DNA from: Barthelona sp. PCE
Taxonomy: Eukaryota
DNA: 64,000 nt
Direction of reading: 5' to 3'
Assembly (NCBI GenBank): GCA_040285745.1
Contig: JAUFOR010000002.1
Coordinates: 1,922,001-1,986,000 of the forward strand
Below are positions 1-11,181 of the stretch, piece after piece. A model generated the notes under the pieces. The model ran no database searches. It saw only the letters and a program-made list of their open reading frames with translations, and was not told where the DNA came from. The first letter of the stretch is position 1. The number at the start of each line of letters is the position of its first letter. A program made the position numbers and the translations under genes.

Positions 1-3000
1 TTCACTGTTCAGGGATCACTTGATGTCATGGGTGGTGATATGTTTGGTGTTGGTACGATAGATATTTCAGGTTCTGTTAATTGTAAGGAATGCGATTTCT
101 CAGGAAACACATTCTCTATCAACATTGCAGGTGATTTCTTGCTAGACGGTGTTATGATGCTCACCGATGGTCCCACTATTTCTATTGATGGTGGTAACTT
201 CGAGGCTCGTACTGGTCACGTAAACTCAACAAACGGTAATGCACTCATCGAGGTGCTTTCCGGTGGACATCTTCAGTTATCTGCTTTCACAGATATGTAT
301 TTCCACGGTGACGCTACTGATGTCATCGAAGTTGAAGGTTTTATTGATATCAACACAATTCGTCGTAACTTTATCGATTGGACTCTTGATTTACGAGGTG
401 TTGTCGATTGTATTCGTGGTATTAACTACGTTACCAAGGATTCTCACTCAAGAGGTAACTGGACAATTGCGTCCGACTGTACTGTGCGTTTCACAGGAGG
501 TACTCACCAACTATACAGTGGTGGTATGTTCAGTGGTGCCGGTTCTGTTTACCTTGATTCCGCAACCATGGTTGTTGAAGGTGTAATTGACCTAACAAAC
601 GCCGCTAATGGTTTCTATATCAAGGGTGGTATTCTTTCCGGTCGTTACGGTATGTCTTGTCCTGGTGTCATTCAGCAGAATGGTGGTACTCTCGAATTCG
701 AGCAGCTACCTGATGGTGAAGTATACCATATTGGTACTATTGTAATGAGTGAGAGCGGTACGCTGACTACTGAAGAGAACCTTATCATTGATAATGCTCT
801 CTTTGTTCGTGGTGGTCGTATTGTTGTCGACAAAACACTTGTTGTTAACGGTATCATGGAAGTACGTGGTGGTGAAATCACCAACGGTGGTACAGTCGTT
901 TGTAACGATGTCCTCAATTGGGACAATGGTACCATCTCTGGTATTGGTACAACCCTTAATATCACTGCTCCATTCAACTTCCAGAACGTTATGTATCTGG
1001 AGGATAAACCAGTGCTCAATATCTTCAGCACTTGGACTTACGGATCAGGTACTATTGTGCCTAGCGGTGAAACTGTTATCAACATCCTAAAGGATGCCAA
1101 TGTTGATTTCCAAGTCAACAGTGCTGCAGCTGTTCTTTCTGGAACAGCCAATATCTTTAATATTTACGGTAACGTCACGCTTCAATCCACCCAGTCTGTC
1201 ATTATTGATTGGTTGTCTAATTTCCATGAGGGATCTAATCTTTTCTGTAACAGTGGTTTGATTGCATTCAATAGTTACGCCGAGTTCGAATCAGATACTG
1301 TGATTGACGTTGACTGTACTGTTCTACTTGAGAATGGTACTTTCGCGATGCAGCAACATGCTGATTTCTCTGGTGCTGGTACACTCGATATCAGTAACGC
1401 TACCTTGGAATTGAACGGTCATCTTGAAATGAGCAACATTTCCAATGGTGTCATTCTTCGTGACAGTAATGCTGATTTCACAATGATTTCCACGCCACGC
1501 GGTTCCATCACTATTAAGTCCGGTACTCTTCAACTTGATAACGGTAACGTCATCTTTGACAACCTGCAAGTAATCGGTGGTGATGTTAAGATGAGCTCTC
1601 ATGGTACCATTGTTACAATCAATGAGTATATGAAGCTCAACGGTGGTACGTATAGCCTTCCTGCCAACTCTCGCCTCATCATCAATGGTGAATTCGATTG
1701 GGTTGGAGACTTCGCCTCCACTGGTCGTGTTGAGATCGGTTCTACTGGTGTTGTCAACATGCTTCATCCTGAGCTGATCTCCCGTGCAGTTGAGAATGAT
1801 GGAACAATTCATCTTCCGCATTCTGGTGTCTACAAGATCGAGGATCTCAACTCGAGAATCTCCACTTCTTCTAGCGGTCGCGTCTTTATCTACAACAACA
1901 CTCGTGTTGAAACGTTTGATATTGATACTTCCCTCGTTGTTGATGGTGAAGTTCTCATCTATGGTGATGTCACACTCAAGAACGTCAAGTTCACAGGTGC
2001 TGTGCATGTGTTTGAAGGCAATGTGCGTTGCGAAACTGAAACTAAATTCACAGGTGAACTTTATTTGTGGAACTCTTCGGTTATTAACTTCAACTTCGGC
2101 ACACATCAGCTTTCTGGTAGTGTTGAGGAAGGAACTGTTGTTGTCAACAATGCTTCTGCTGTTCTGACAATAGGTTCACTTGACGTTAAGAACACCAAGT
2201 TCCATCTTACTGATGGTCAAATCACCGTCACTCAGTCTTCAACTGGTGCAACAGTCGCTGATCCTTTCTTCACTGTTGATGGTGGTAGTATGACATTCAA
2301 CCCAACAGCTTCTAACCACTCTGTTGGTGTCTTACTACTTAATGATGGCCTTGTTACACTCAACGGTGCTATCTACGTCAAACAAGCATTGAATATTACT
2401 GGTGGTGAAATTACTGGCACTGGTAAGGTGTACACCGAGTATCTCTTCATGAGCAACGGTCTCATCACCACATCAAGTCAGTTCTATATCCTGACTGACA
2501 GTGACATGACTCTTACTTCCACTACTCTCCGCGATATCACATTCGTTAACATGGGTGAGATGCGTTGGAACTCAGGTTCTATTACAATGTCCAATGGTAT
2601 CTTTATTAACGAGGCTTCCGGTACTCTGCGCATCATTGGTCTCGATTGTAACTTCGGTTCAACCGCCACTGGTATTGTACTCATCAACAAGGGTCTTGTT
2701 AAGAAGGAAATCTTTGGCACTACTTCCATTGCTGGCCTGCAGAACATGGGTAATATTAGGTGTACCGGTGGTATCCTTCAACTCATCTCTGAATCTGATA
2801 TGTCAGGTGGTTCCGTATCACTCAAGTACGGTTCTCAACTGCAATACAAAGATGGTTCTCACAATATGTACTCATCTATTGAAGGTGATTACACTGGTAT
2901 CCTCTCTGTTGATGGTGAGTGGACTCAGGTAAGCATTTATGCATCTCTTCGAGTCTCATCGATTCAAATTAACGAAGGTACTGTTACAATCTATCACGGC

Positions 3001-6000
3001 GCATCACCCATGATCTATGACAATCAAGTTTCTATTGAGACGTTTGGTGGTGTCATCAACATAGGTAAACATCCGTCTGCTTCATCATCGGCCAAATTCA
3101 AGAATATTGCCGTCTATGGTGGTTATGTTAACATTTTCAACACAACCAGATCAAACAACATTCTCATGAACGGTGGTGATCTGGTTATCGAATCTGAACT
3201 ACAAGTGACTTCCATCGTCACATTTAAGAACGGTTCTGTTTCCGGTGCTGGTCGTCTCAGTGGTGGCTGTAGCATTCAGGCTGTTCTTCCTAATCACTAT
3301 ACAGCACTTTCTATTCAGGATTACGCATGTACTCAAACAATCTCTGTCGATAAGGGAGCTGAAATTCAGCTTTCCTATCCGTTCTCCATCTCCTCATCTG
3401 CCAAGATTGAAGTTGATGATGGTAACGTTCGCTTTATGCCTAACCCATGGCATTCACCCAACTTCGAGTTTGAAATCAACGCCATTAAAATCTATAAGCC
3501 TGCTGTCATCATTGAATCTGGTGCCAAGGTCACTTTACTTGACTCTCTTGATCTCACATCAGAGGCCGAGATCGAAGTCGATGGCGAACTGACTATCCAG
3601 TCAGGTAAGTCGATCGTCTTCACTAACGGTTTAATTCACGGTTCCGGTACGATTGTCACTGATACATTTGTTTGGAAGGGTGGTAACTTCAACTCCACTG
3701 GTACCCTTACAACTTCACAGATGACCATCAAAGATTCAGCTCGTTTCAAGGCTATCGCCGGTGAATACGAGGTTACAACAACCTCATCAATGAAGTGGGA
3801 GGCTGGTGCCATCAACTTCTACGATTACGGTAAGCTAATTATCGGACCTGGTGTTTTGGCAGAGATGACTGGTTTCACAGCCAACTCTTATGTACATAAT
3901 TCTACCGTGGCTGGTATCTACAACTATGGTGTCTTTAAGAAGCTGTCTAACGCAGAGAACACTGAAATCCAGGGTCTCTTCAACTACGACGACTTCCGTC
4001 ATGAGCGTGGAAAACTGTATCTCACTGGATTCACACTATCAACAGGTAAGTTCACTGTCGGTCAGCCACTTTACATTCAAGGTGTTCTGAGTCTCCAAGG
4101 AACAAGCGCTGAGATGTTTGTATACTCCACAATCTCTCTTATCGATGGTGTGCTCAGTCTTGACGGTGCTTCATTCGATCTCTCTGATCGTAAGTTCAAC
4201 TTCGACAACGCTACTATCGAGATGCGTAATAACGCCACACTTGTTAGCTCAATTCCTCTTGAACTCATTGATGTCACTCTTCATTTCAAGGATGGCATTT
4301 CATCATACGTAGCTGATGTCGAAGTTACAGAGAGCGGCCGCATTCTCATTGATGATGATGCACGTATCGGCTCTATTGACCTCAACCGAGGTTTAATCAC
4401 CGGTTCCGCAAACCTCACTGTCGACAACCTGTTGTTGCAGAGAGGTACTATCAACTCTTCCCTCGTGTTACACGTGAAGGATCTTGTCATTGACAAGTAC
4501 GACACATACGTCAAGGATACGGTTGAGCTCAATCTTGAAAATGGTACGTTATTATGGATTGGAGGTAAGCTTCTTGCTTCCGACAACGCACGTGTTATTG
4601 TTGACGCTGATTCATCTATTCTGTTCGACATTGCGCTCGAAGAGGCTGTATTTGAGTTCGTTGACAACAGTATTCTTGTCCTGAACGGTTCTTTACACAA
4701 GACCGATGTCAAACCTGCCATTATCAGTCTTCCATCAATCATTATTGGTGAAACTGGTAGTGTTTACATCCGTGATTCCATATTACAGTTCAACGGAACA
4801 GCTTTGATCCAGGGTAATGTTACACATGTGTCTGGAGACCGAGTTGTCTTCCTTGAAGGCACTCATACCGTTGAATCGGGTGCTAGTCTGACAGTTGGTG
4901 GTGCTTCAACTAATGTTGAAATCTACTCTGATGAACTGATTTTGAAGGGTGAAATCACCATGACAAAACTAACCACTAATGATACTATTGTTAACGTCAA
5001 CCCATCAGCTGACATTGAAATTGCTCTCCTGAACATTGTTGGTGATACCAAGTTCACTTCTGATATATGTGGCTCCTTCATGGAAGTCACTTCATTCACT
5101 TTCAACCCTGGTGTTGATCTCACTATTGAGCGTGTGAACATGAGTATTGCATCCAACAACAATTGGAGATACGGTGATATCTTACTCGGTGAGTGTGCTG
5201 CACTTCATATTCCTGCTGGTATCAGATTTACTATCGACTGTCGTGAGGACTGTACGATTGCGCCCGCAGGTGTTTATTCGAGCACTATGGTTCCCCGCAT
5301 CGACGTCTGGGGTGAAATGTACAAGAGTGGAGATTCAGTTTTCACATTGGCCGCCTTTACTTATCTCAATGAAGGTGGTAAACTTCACATGCACCGTCGT
5401 CACTCTATCTTTGATTTGGGTGATCATAAGATTGTCGGACCTGGTACATTCAGCATGGGTGATACCGCACAGATCCGCCACATCTCTGGTCGTCTCTCAC
5501 TGCCTGAAAACAGTCACACAATGCTCAAGAACAACTACTACCTGGAAGGAGGTGTCATTCATCTCAAGGCCGATGCTAACATCACAATTATGGCCGACTT
5601 CCATATTACAGCTGGTTCCCTTGTTCTTGAAGAGGGTACAAATGTGACAATCGATGGCGACATTGCAAGCTTCGAGATGGACTTCAACTGTCCTCTTCCT
5701 CCCAATGTGCAAGACCTTGCAGATGACATTACCTTCTGGGAGTCATTCTGTACTGGTACTCCAGGTATCCACCTTCTGGATGGTACCGCACCTGTTGAGG
5801 TCAGTGGTCTTATTCTTCGCGGTGGTGTCCTCAAGGCCTCCAACGATATGACATTCCACCAACTTCGTCTCATCGAAAATGGTGTTCTTTATGCTCTCAA
5901 CAGCAACGTCACATTTGTTGGTAATTCATCCCTGAGCGATCACTACGTTCGTGATGATGACGCAGCAGTCTTTGCAGGTAACGGCTTCCTAAATATTGAG

Positions 6001-9000
6001 AACGGCTACTGTTACCCCGATGATTGTGCTTGTTCTTATGGTTTTGATGGCAAGAGTTGTCAAAGTGATTGCTCTGCTCATAGTAACAAGGAACGCTGTC
6101 TCACATATAACTTCTGCGGTTGGTGTAACACAACTTCCACTTGTCAACTTGCCACCATAGCTGGTCTACCTGCTGAGGGTGAGTGTTCCGAGTTCTACTT
6201 CGGAGACGTGGAAGAATGTGTAGGTGTTTCTACATCTGCTCCTAACTCTAATTCTATTCTCACACCTGTCATTACTTCATCATGGAGCAATGCTGATCAA
6301 TTGACAACGTTCTCTATGAACGCTCACTACTATCGTGGTGGTCTTACATGGTATTTGAATTTTGCTGAATTTGATCCTACCGAACGTAACATCACGAACA
6401 CAGACAACTGTGAGAATCATGATGGTGATAGTTATGTGGTTGATGGTGAATTGATTGAAAGGTCTGATTTTACCATCACTGCTCCTCATGCAAACATTAG
6501 GGGTGCATTATCTAACCCTCACTATCCGGCCTATACGGAATCAACATCATTCTGGACACTTACAAATGCTTCTTGTTCAGATATCAGTTATGTTGGTGTG
6601 TTCTCTCTTCCCAACGCATTCTCATGTGTTGAGAAATCTTCTGGTCGTCCTTATTGGGAAGTAACTGGTTATAATAACACTGCACTGCTTAATTTCAAGA
6701 GCACCCTCTTCTGGGCTGGTGTTGTTCCCAGATATTACGAGAGTCTTACTGGTGATATCACTCAAGATGAAATCATTGCTCAAGGCAATCACACTTTCTA
6801 CGAGCAATTCGTTCTTCGTTCCGTTTCTAACTATTATGCCACATGTGGTGCCTCCCTAGAGTCTGCCACTTGTACACCTTGTGATTTGAGTGGCTGTAGT
6901 GCCTATCCCGAGATTAGTGTTCAATTCGAGCTTCTTGATCTCAAGCTGGTCAATACCAAGCCTGGTTTCTACTATAAGTATGAAATTCATATGGTCATCC
7001 ACACCGTTTCTCGTCTCGGCTATGCACTTAACGATCCTTCATCTCTGAAGGTGGGTGATGTCGATCTCGAAGGTGAACGTATTGAAGTGGCTGGCGAAGG
7101 TATTCACGATCAGTATTGGCTCATTAAGACGGCTGCTGGTTCTGCTCTCAAGAACCCTGAGGCGTTTGCATCACAACTCCACGTTGGATGGATTCCTCAG
7201 TATTGTGGTCTTAACACCACAGCTCTTAGCAGCTGTCGTGCATATGGTGGTGCGGGTCTTCGTGTCCGTTACTCGACAACCCTCCGCTTCATCAATACCC
7301 CTACCTTCAAGGTTAATTCCTACGTCGGTATGGTATTCTACGCTTCCGGTCTTACCCCTGAGGTTGATCCGTCAACATCATTGTTCGGTCCCTATAGCGT
7401 TGGCTCCACCATTCGTGCCAAACACTTTATGTCAATCAACGAGGTCGATTCTATTGATCTCAACGCCTTGATTGGCAAGCGCCTTGAGTACAGACTCAAG
7501 AACGTGTCAGTTTGCGTAAGCGACGGCGACATGCCTTCTTGGGACCCTGAAAACAACCACTTTGGATGTGCAGATTTTGATCCCACATACCTTGCCGTTG
7601 ATGGTACTGCTGTCCAAGGTTCCGATGCCACAGCTTACAAGTTCCGCATCGAGAGCATGCAGCTGAAGTCCGCAGTCGTCCAAGACGACGGAAAGATGCA
7701 GGAGGATAAGGCTAACCTCTTTGGTACCTTCAGTTTCAAGGCTCCTAGTTACGCAGTTGTCACGTTGGTTAATGTCCATGTCGTCGCCGATCTTATCGAC
7801 GTCGAAGATGGAAGCATCCTCAAGACAGAACACATAATCTCTCCTGTTCAGGTTGAGTCATCTGCTGTTCTACGAACTGTTGTTACAAAGCCTGATGAAG
7901 GCTCTAACACTCTGCTCATTGTAGGTATTGTGTTTGCTGTCCTCCTTTTCATTGGTGCTTTAATAATGGGTTACCGTTACTTCAAGAATAAGAAAAAGGT
8001 TGTTGAACCGAAGAAACTTCTTGATCACAGTGGTGATGATGAACGTATCTTACGTGAGTTGGCTGAGTTAACTTCGTTGAACACCAACGAACTTGTCACT
8101 GCCAGTCCCAAGGAGCGTCTCCTTCGTACAATGCAATCTCTTAGTTCACTCGTCCACACAGCTTCCAGTGCCAACCTTGGCAGTGAAATTTCAGATGCTG
8201 AATTCCAAGGTCATGATTTCGATCCTGTCGATGACATCATTGACCTTGAATCTGACATTGATAGTTTTGATGAAGACTATGATGAAGATTTCTTGCAAGA
8301 GAACTTTATTATTGCTCAAAAGATTGAAGAAGCTATTAAAGAGACAGTTGACTTGTTGCTTGAAGTTCGCGAAGGTGAACGTGTCGTTCAACTTATGTCA
8401 ACTGTTGCACCAAGTGCAATGGATGATGAAGAGAACCAAATTATTGCACAAATTCAAACGCAGGTTAACGTAAACGAAGACCCTGTTGTTGATCCTGCAA
8501 GTTGTATTCTTCTTAATAAGTATATTAACACTAATGAAACTGAGATTCTTGGTATTCATTCCGATTCTATCATTGCTAAGTTATCTACTGGTCTCACTTA
8601 TGCTGCTCGTTGTGCACCTGAAACGCAACTTACTCCTGTTGAAGCAGAGTGTTGTGTCCAGGCTCTCAACGAGGTTCCTCTCGTGTCTTACACACAGCGT
8701 GAGATTGAAGTTGTCAATAGCATGGTACAAGCACTTCATGGTGGTCGACTCGTTTCTCTCATGAACGATGAGGCTCTCACTGTTGCTAACATGCTCTCTC
8801 GTGCTGGTTTACCCACTTGGAGCTCAACTGATTATGCCATCACCAAACTCATTTCTCAATTGCGCGCTGACGCTCGATCAGGCGATAAATCCGTTTTATC
8901 TCCAGTCGAAACCGAACGTGCTGCCATTTGCCTTGAACTCATCCCTGTTGGTGAGCTTGATCCTCAACAAGCTGCTGCTGTTGCCGATCTTTTACGTATT

Positions 9001-11181
9001 CGTGAACAAGGTGGTCATTGTGTTCTTTCACCTTCAAAAGCTTGGAAGATTGCTGACGTACTTGAAATGGCACAAGAATTTATTGATGATGATGATGATA
9101 TGGGATGGCTCGATGATGATTACGATGATGATGCTTATCTCTTAGCTTCAGCTCGTTCACTCGCTCAACTTAACTCTCCTCGTGGTGTCCGCTCTACTGC
9201 TGCATTGTTCTCTACAGACTTTGCTGTTGATGAAGATTCGGAATTCTCTGATGAGGAAGTTCAGCGTGAAGATATCGACGAGTTCAAGTTCACTGAACCT
9301 GGTAAGAAGGAGCTTGACACTGAAGCACGTGATGCTCTTCTTGAGCGTCTTCGCATTGCTATGCGTGCTGGTGTCCGTCTTCCAATTACTGCTGTTGATA
9401 TTGAAGTCCTTCTAGACAGTGTTGAAGATGCTGACATTGATACTATACCTTTCAATGAGCTCTATGTTGCTCTACGTGATGCTTGTGATGCTGATAGATC
9501 ATTCTATCTTCGTCGTGATGATGTTCGTGAGTTATACTGGAGCTTCCATCCCTCTACCCGCCCTGATAAGTTGAAACTCATTGAAAATGATTGGACAGAT
9601 TGTCTACCTCAGACTGGTCTTTTCACAAACGATGCCAAGACTTTGAAGAAACTTTTCGTTATTGCCCCCGAAGATCGTGTAACACCTGAAATGAATACTT
9701 TCATTGATGAATTCCGTGATTCAATCAAGACCATTGATGAGAATGAAGGTGGTCTGCTGTATAGCGAGAAGGACCGTGTTCTACTTGAAAAGATTATGAA
9801 TGTTGCTTCTGGCTTTGCCTTTGACATTGCTGCTGAAGTACACTTTGAATCCAAGGTTGTAGACGAACACACACTTGATTCCGATCTTGTTGCTGTTTGC
9901 TTCTCAGTATTCTCCTCTTTGAAGGAGGTTCTTGATGGAGAACTTGAGCGTCGTGTTTACAAGATGCTTAAACATGCCTATAAGGAGAACACATCATTAA
10001 TTTTCACCGAAGAAACAGGTGATGTTCTAGTTAAAATAATGAATGACGCTTTCAAGCCAATTCATTTTGATTGTTTCGTACCATACGAATCTGAACCCGA
10101 ACCTGAATCTGAATCCGAGCCTGAGCGTGAACAAACGCCTGAGCCCGAGCCTGTGGTTGAACCAGAGCCTGTGGTTGAACCCCAACCTGTTGTCATTCCT
10201 CCCATTGACTTACCCACTAAGACTGATGAAGTTGATGACACAGATCTTATTAATGCCATCACTGAGCGCTCTTCCACAGTTGAAGAAGAAGAGCTCGTTG
10301 ATGTCACCCCTGTTGTCGATACTGTTGAAGAGGATACAGATGATTTCGTCTCCGTTATCACTGGCGCCTCTGACATTGAGACAAAACTAGACGACCTTCA
10401 ATCGTTAAGTCCCAAGGCAGATCCTGAGCTTGAAGCCATCCTTGAAGAAGGTATTCCTCAGGAACAGTTCCGTCAGGAGCTATCCTCGCCATTGCCTGCT
10501 GTTCATGCTGACATGCCTCCACTCCAACACATTGCGAATAAGCAAGAAGAAGATGCTGTATCCGCCAGCACTAGTGCTATTCCTATTGATGTAGACTCTG
10601 ATGAAGAGCGTGGTAGCCGTAAGAAGCGCCGTAAGAAGAAGAAGAGAGGCAAGCATAAGACTAAGGCACTTGATGCACTTGAAGCCAAACTCGCTGCCGC
10701 TGCCGCCAAGAATGAAATCAAGGTGGTTAAGGACATCGATCAAAAGGCTCTCAGCAAGGCCAAGAGCGATAAGGTAGTCCTAGAGATTTCTGCTAGATTG
10801 TCAAATATTGGTGTTACTGATGCACCTGTTATGGCACTTTCACCACTTTACGCAAAGAAATTAGCTGAAGTCCTTTCATTCCTTGTTTTCTGGGAACCCA
10901 CAGAAGATGAACAACGTATCATAGATGTCATTCAACAATCTGCTGTTAAACGTCGTCCTATCCTACTTCAAAACGAAGAGGTTGAGATTACACAGACTAT
11001 GATTAATCGCTGTTTGTCTGCAAGTCATACCATTGAAGTCGAAACTAGTGGACGTAAGGGTTTGACAAAGGGTGTATCCATCCAGGATATTAAGAGGAAG
11101 TTCGGTTCACAAGCAGATGTTACCGAACCTACTGATAAGAAACGTAAAAAGAAACGTAGACGTCGTTCTAAAGCATCTTAA
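1..11181 (+). CDS. Giant type-I membrane protein (>3717 aa, 5'-truncated): Gly-rich beta-helix-like repeats, partial EGF-like and PSI-like Cys modules, one TM helix, ~1070-aa acidic cytoplasmic tail
   Basis: Frame 1 is open from base 1. Repeated GGxL/WxxGxI beta-strand motifs run to ~6000. CYPDDCACSYGFDGKSC (~6010-6060); CSAHSNKERCLTYNFCGWCNTTSTC (PSI-like); hydrophobic LLIVGIVFAVLLFIGALIMGY (~7912-7977) followed by RYFKNKKK. Strong C/T-ending codon bias. Confidence 0.85.
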   Translation, partial: FTVQGSLDVMGGDMFGVGTIDISGSVNCKECDFSGNTFSINIAGDFLLDGVMMLTDGPTISIDGGNFEARTGHVNSTNGNALIEVLSGGHLQLSAFTDMYFHGDATDVIEVEGFIDINTIRRNFIDWTLDLRGVVDCIRGINYVTKDSHSRGNWTIASDCTVRFTGGTHQLYSGGMFSGAGSVYLDSATMVVEGVIDLTNAANGFYIKGGILSGRYGMSCPGVIQQNGGTLEFEQLPDGEVYHIGTIVMSESGTLTTEENLIIDNALFVRGGRIVVDKTLVVNGIMEVRGGEITNGGTVVCNDVLNWDNGTISGIGTTLNITAPFNFQNVMYLEDKPVLNIFSTWTYGSGTIVPSGETVINILKDANVDFQVNSAAAVLSGTANIFNIYGNVTLQSTQSVIIDWLSNFHEGSNLFCNSGLIAFNSYAEFESDTVIDVDCTVLLENGTFAMQQHADFSGAGTLDISNATLELNGHLEMSNISNGVILRDSNADFTMISTPRGSITIKSGTLQLDNGNVIFDNLQVIGGDVKMSSHGTIVTINEYMKLNGGTYSLPANSRLIINGEFDWVGDFASTGRVEIGSTGVVNMLHPELISRAVENDGTIHLPHSGVYKIEDLNSRISTSSSGRVFIYNNTRVETFDIDTSLVVDGEVLIYGDVTLKNVKFTGAVHVFEGNVRCETETKFTGELYLWNSSVINFNFGTHQLSGSVEEGTVVVNNASAVLTIGSLDVKNTKFHLTDGQITVTQSSTGATVADPFFTVDGGSMTFNPTASNHSVGVLLLNDGLVTLNGAIYVKQALNITGGEITGTGKVYTEYLFMSNGLITTSSQFYILTDSDMTLTSTTLRDITFVNMGEMRWNSGSITMSNGIFINEASGTLRIIGLDCNFGSTATGIVLINKGLVKKEIFGTTSIAGLQNMGNIRCTGGILQLISESDMSGGSVSLKYGSQLQYKDGSHNMYSSIEGDYTGILSVDGEWTQVSIYASLRVSSIQINEGTVTIYHGASPMIYDNQVSIETFGGVINIGKHPSASSSAKFKNIAVYGGYVNIFNTTRSNNILMNGGDLVIESELQVTSIVTFKNGSVSGAGRLSGGCSIQAVLPNHYTALSIQDYACTQTISVDKGAEIQLSYPFSISSSAKIEVDDGNVRFMPNPWHSPNFEFEINAIKIYKPAVIIESGAKVTLLDSLDLTSEAEIEVDGELTIQSGKSIVFTNGLIHGSGTIVTDTFVWKGGNFNSTGTLTTSQMTIKDSARFKAIAGEYEVTTTSSMKWEAGAINFYDYGKLIIGPGVLAEMTGFTANSYVHNSTVAGIYNYGVFKKLSNAENTEIQGLFNYDDFRHERGKLYLTGFTLSTGKFTVGQPLYIQGVLSLQGTSAEMFVYSTISLIDGVLSLDGASFDLSDRKFNFDNATIEMRNNATLVSSIPLELIDVTLHFKDGISSYVADVEVTESGRILIDDDARIGSIDLNRGLITGSANLTVDNLLLQRGTINSSLVLHVKDLVIDKYDTYVKDTVELNLENGTLLWIGGKLLASDNARVIVDADSSILFDIALEEAVFEFVDNSILVLNGSLHKTDVKPAIISLPSIIIGETGSVYIRDSILQFNGTALIQGNVTHVSGDRVVFLEGTHTVESGASLTVGGASTNVEIYSDELILKGEITMTKLTTNDTIVNVNPSADIEIALLNIVGDTKFTSDICGSFMEVTSFTFNPGVDLTIERVNMSIASNNNWRYGDILLGECAALHIPAGIRFTIDCREDCTIAPAGVYSSTMVPRIDVWGEMYKSGDSVFTLAAFTYLNEGGKLHMHRRHSIFDLGDHKIVGPGTFSMGDTAQIRHISGRLSLPENSHTMLKNNYYLEGGVIHLKADANITIMADFHITAGSLVLEEGTNVTIDGDIASFEMDFNCPLPPNVQDLADDITFWESFCTGTPGIHLLDGTAPVEVSGLILRGGVLKASNDMTFHQLRLIENGVLYALNSNVTFVGNSSLSDHYVRDDDAAVFAGNGFLNIENGYCYPDDCACSYGFDGKSCQSDCSAHSNKERCLTYNFCGWCNTTSTCQLATIAGLPAEGECSEFYFGDVEECVGVSTSAPNSNSILTPVITSSWSNADQLTTFSMNAHYYRGGLTWYLNFAEFDPTERNITNTDNCENHDGDSYVVDGELIERSDFTITAPHANIRGALSNPHYPAYTESTSFWTLTNASCSDISYVGVFSLPNAFSCVEKSSGRPYWEVTGYNNTALLNFKSTLFWAGVVPRYYESLTGDITQDEIIAQGNHTFYEQFVLRSVSNYYATCGASLESATCTPCDLSGCSAYPEISVQFELLDLKLVNTKPGFYYKYEIHMVIHTVSRLGYALNDPSSLKVGDVDLEGERIEVAGEGIHDQYWLIKTAAGSALKNPEAFASQLHVGWIPQYCGLNTTALSSCRAYGGAGLRVRYSTTLRFINTPTFKVNSYVGMVFYASGLTPEVDPSTSLFGPYSVGSTIRAKHFMSINEVDSIDLNALIGKRLEYRLKNVSVCVSDGDMPSWDPENNHFGCADFDPTYLAVDGTAVQGSDATAYKFRIESMQLKSAVVQDDGKMQEDKANLFGTFSFKAPSYAVVTLVNVHVVADLIDVEDGSILKTEHIISPVQVESSAVLRTVVTKPDEGSNTLLIVGIVFAVLLFIGALIMGYRYFKNKKKVVEPKKLLDHSGDDERILRELAELTSLNTNELVTASPKERLLRTMQSLSSLVHTASSANLGSEISDAEFQGHDFDPVDDIIDLESDIDSFDEDYDEDFLQENFIIAQKIEEAIKETVDLLLEVREGERVVQLMSTVAPSAMDDEENQIIAQIQTQVNVNEDPVVDPASCILLNKYINTNETEILGIHSDSIIAKLSTGLTYAARCAPETQLTPVEAECCVQALNEVPLVSYTQREIEVVNSMVQALHGGRLVSLMNDEALTVANMLSRAGLPTWSSTDYAITKLISQLRADARSGDKSVLSPVETERAAICLELIPVGELDPQQAAAVADLLRIREQGGHCVLSPSKAWKIADVLEMAQEFIDDDDDMGWLDDDYDDDAYLLASARSLAQLNSPRGVRSTAALFSTDFAVDEDSEFSDEEVQREDIDEFKFTEPGKKELDTEARDALLERLRIAMRAGVRLPITAVDIEVLLDSVEDADIDTIPFNELYVALRDACDADRSFYLRRDDVRELYWSFHPSTRPDKLKLIENDWTDCLPQTGLFTNDAKTLKKLFVIAPEDRVTPEMNTFIDEFRDSIKTIDENEGGLLYSEKDRVLLEKIMNVASGFAFDIAAEVHFESKVVDEHTLDSDLVAVCFSVFSSLKEVLDGELERRVYKMLKHAYKENTSLIFTEETGDVLVKIMNDAFKPIHFDCFVPYESEPEPESESEPEREQTPEPEPVVEPEPVVEPQPVVIPPIDLPTKTDEVDDTDLINAITERSSTVEEEELVDVTPVVDTVEEDTDDFVSVITGASDIETKLDDLQSLSPKADPELEAILEEGIPQEQFRQELSSPLPAVHADMPPLQHIANKQEEDAVSASTSAIPIDVDSDEERGSRKKRRKKKKRGKHKTKALDALEAKLAAAAAKNEIKVVKDIDQKALSKAKSDKVVLEISARLSNIGVTDAPVMALSPLYAKKLAEVLSFLVFWEPTEDEQRIIDVIQQSAVKRRPILLQNEEVEITQTMINRCLSASHTIEVETSGRKGLTKGVSIQDIKRKFGSQADVTEPTDKKRKKKRRRRSKAS

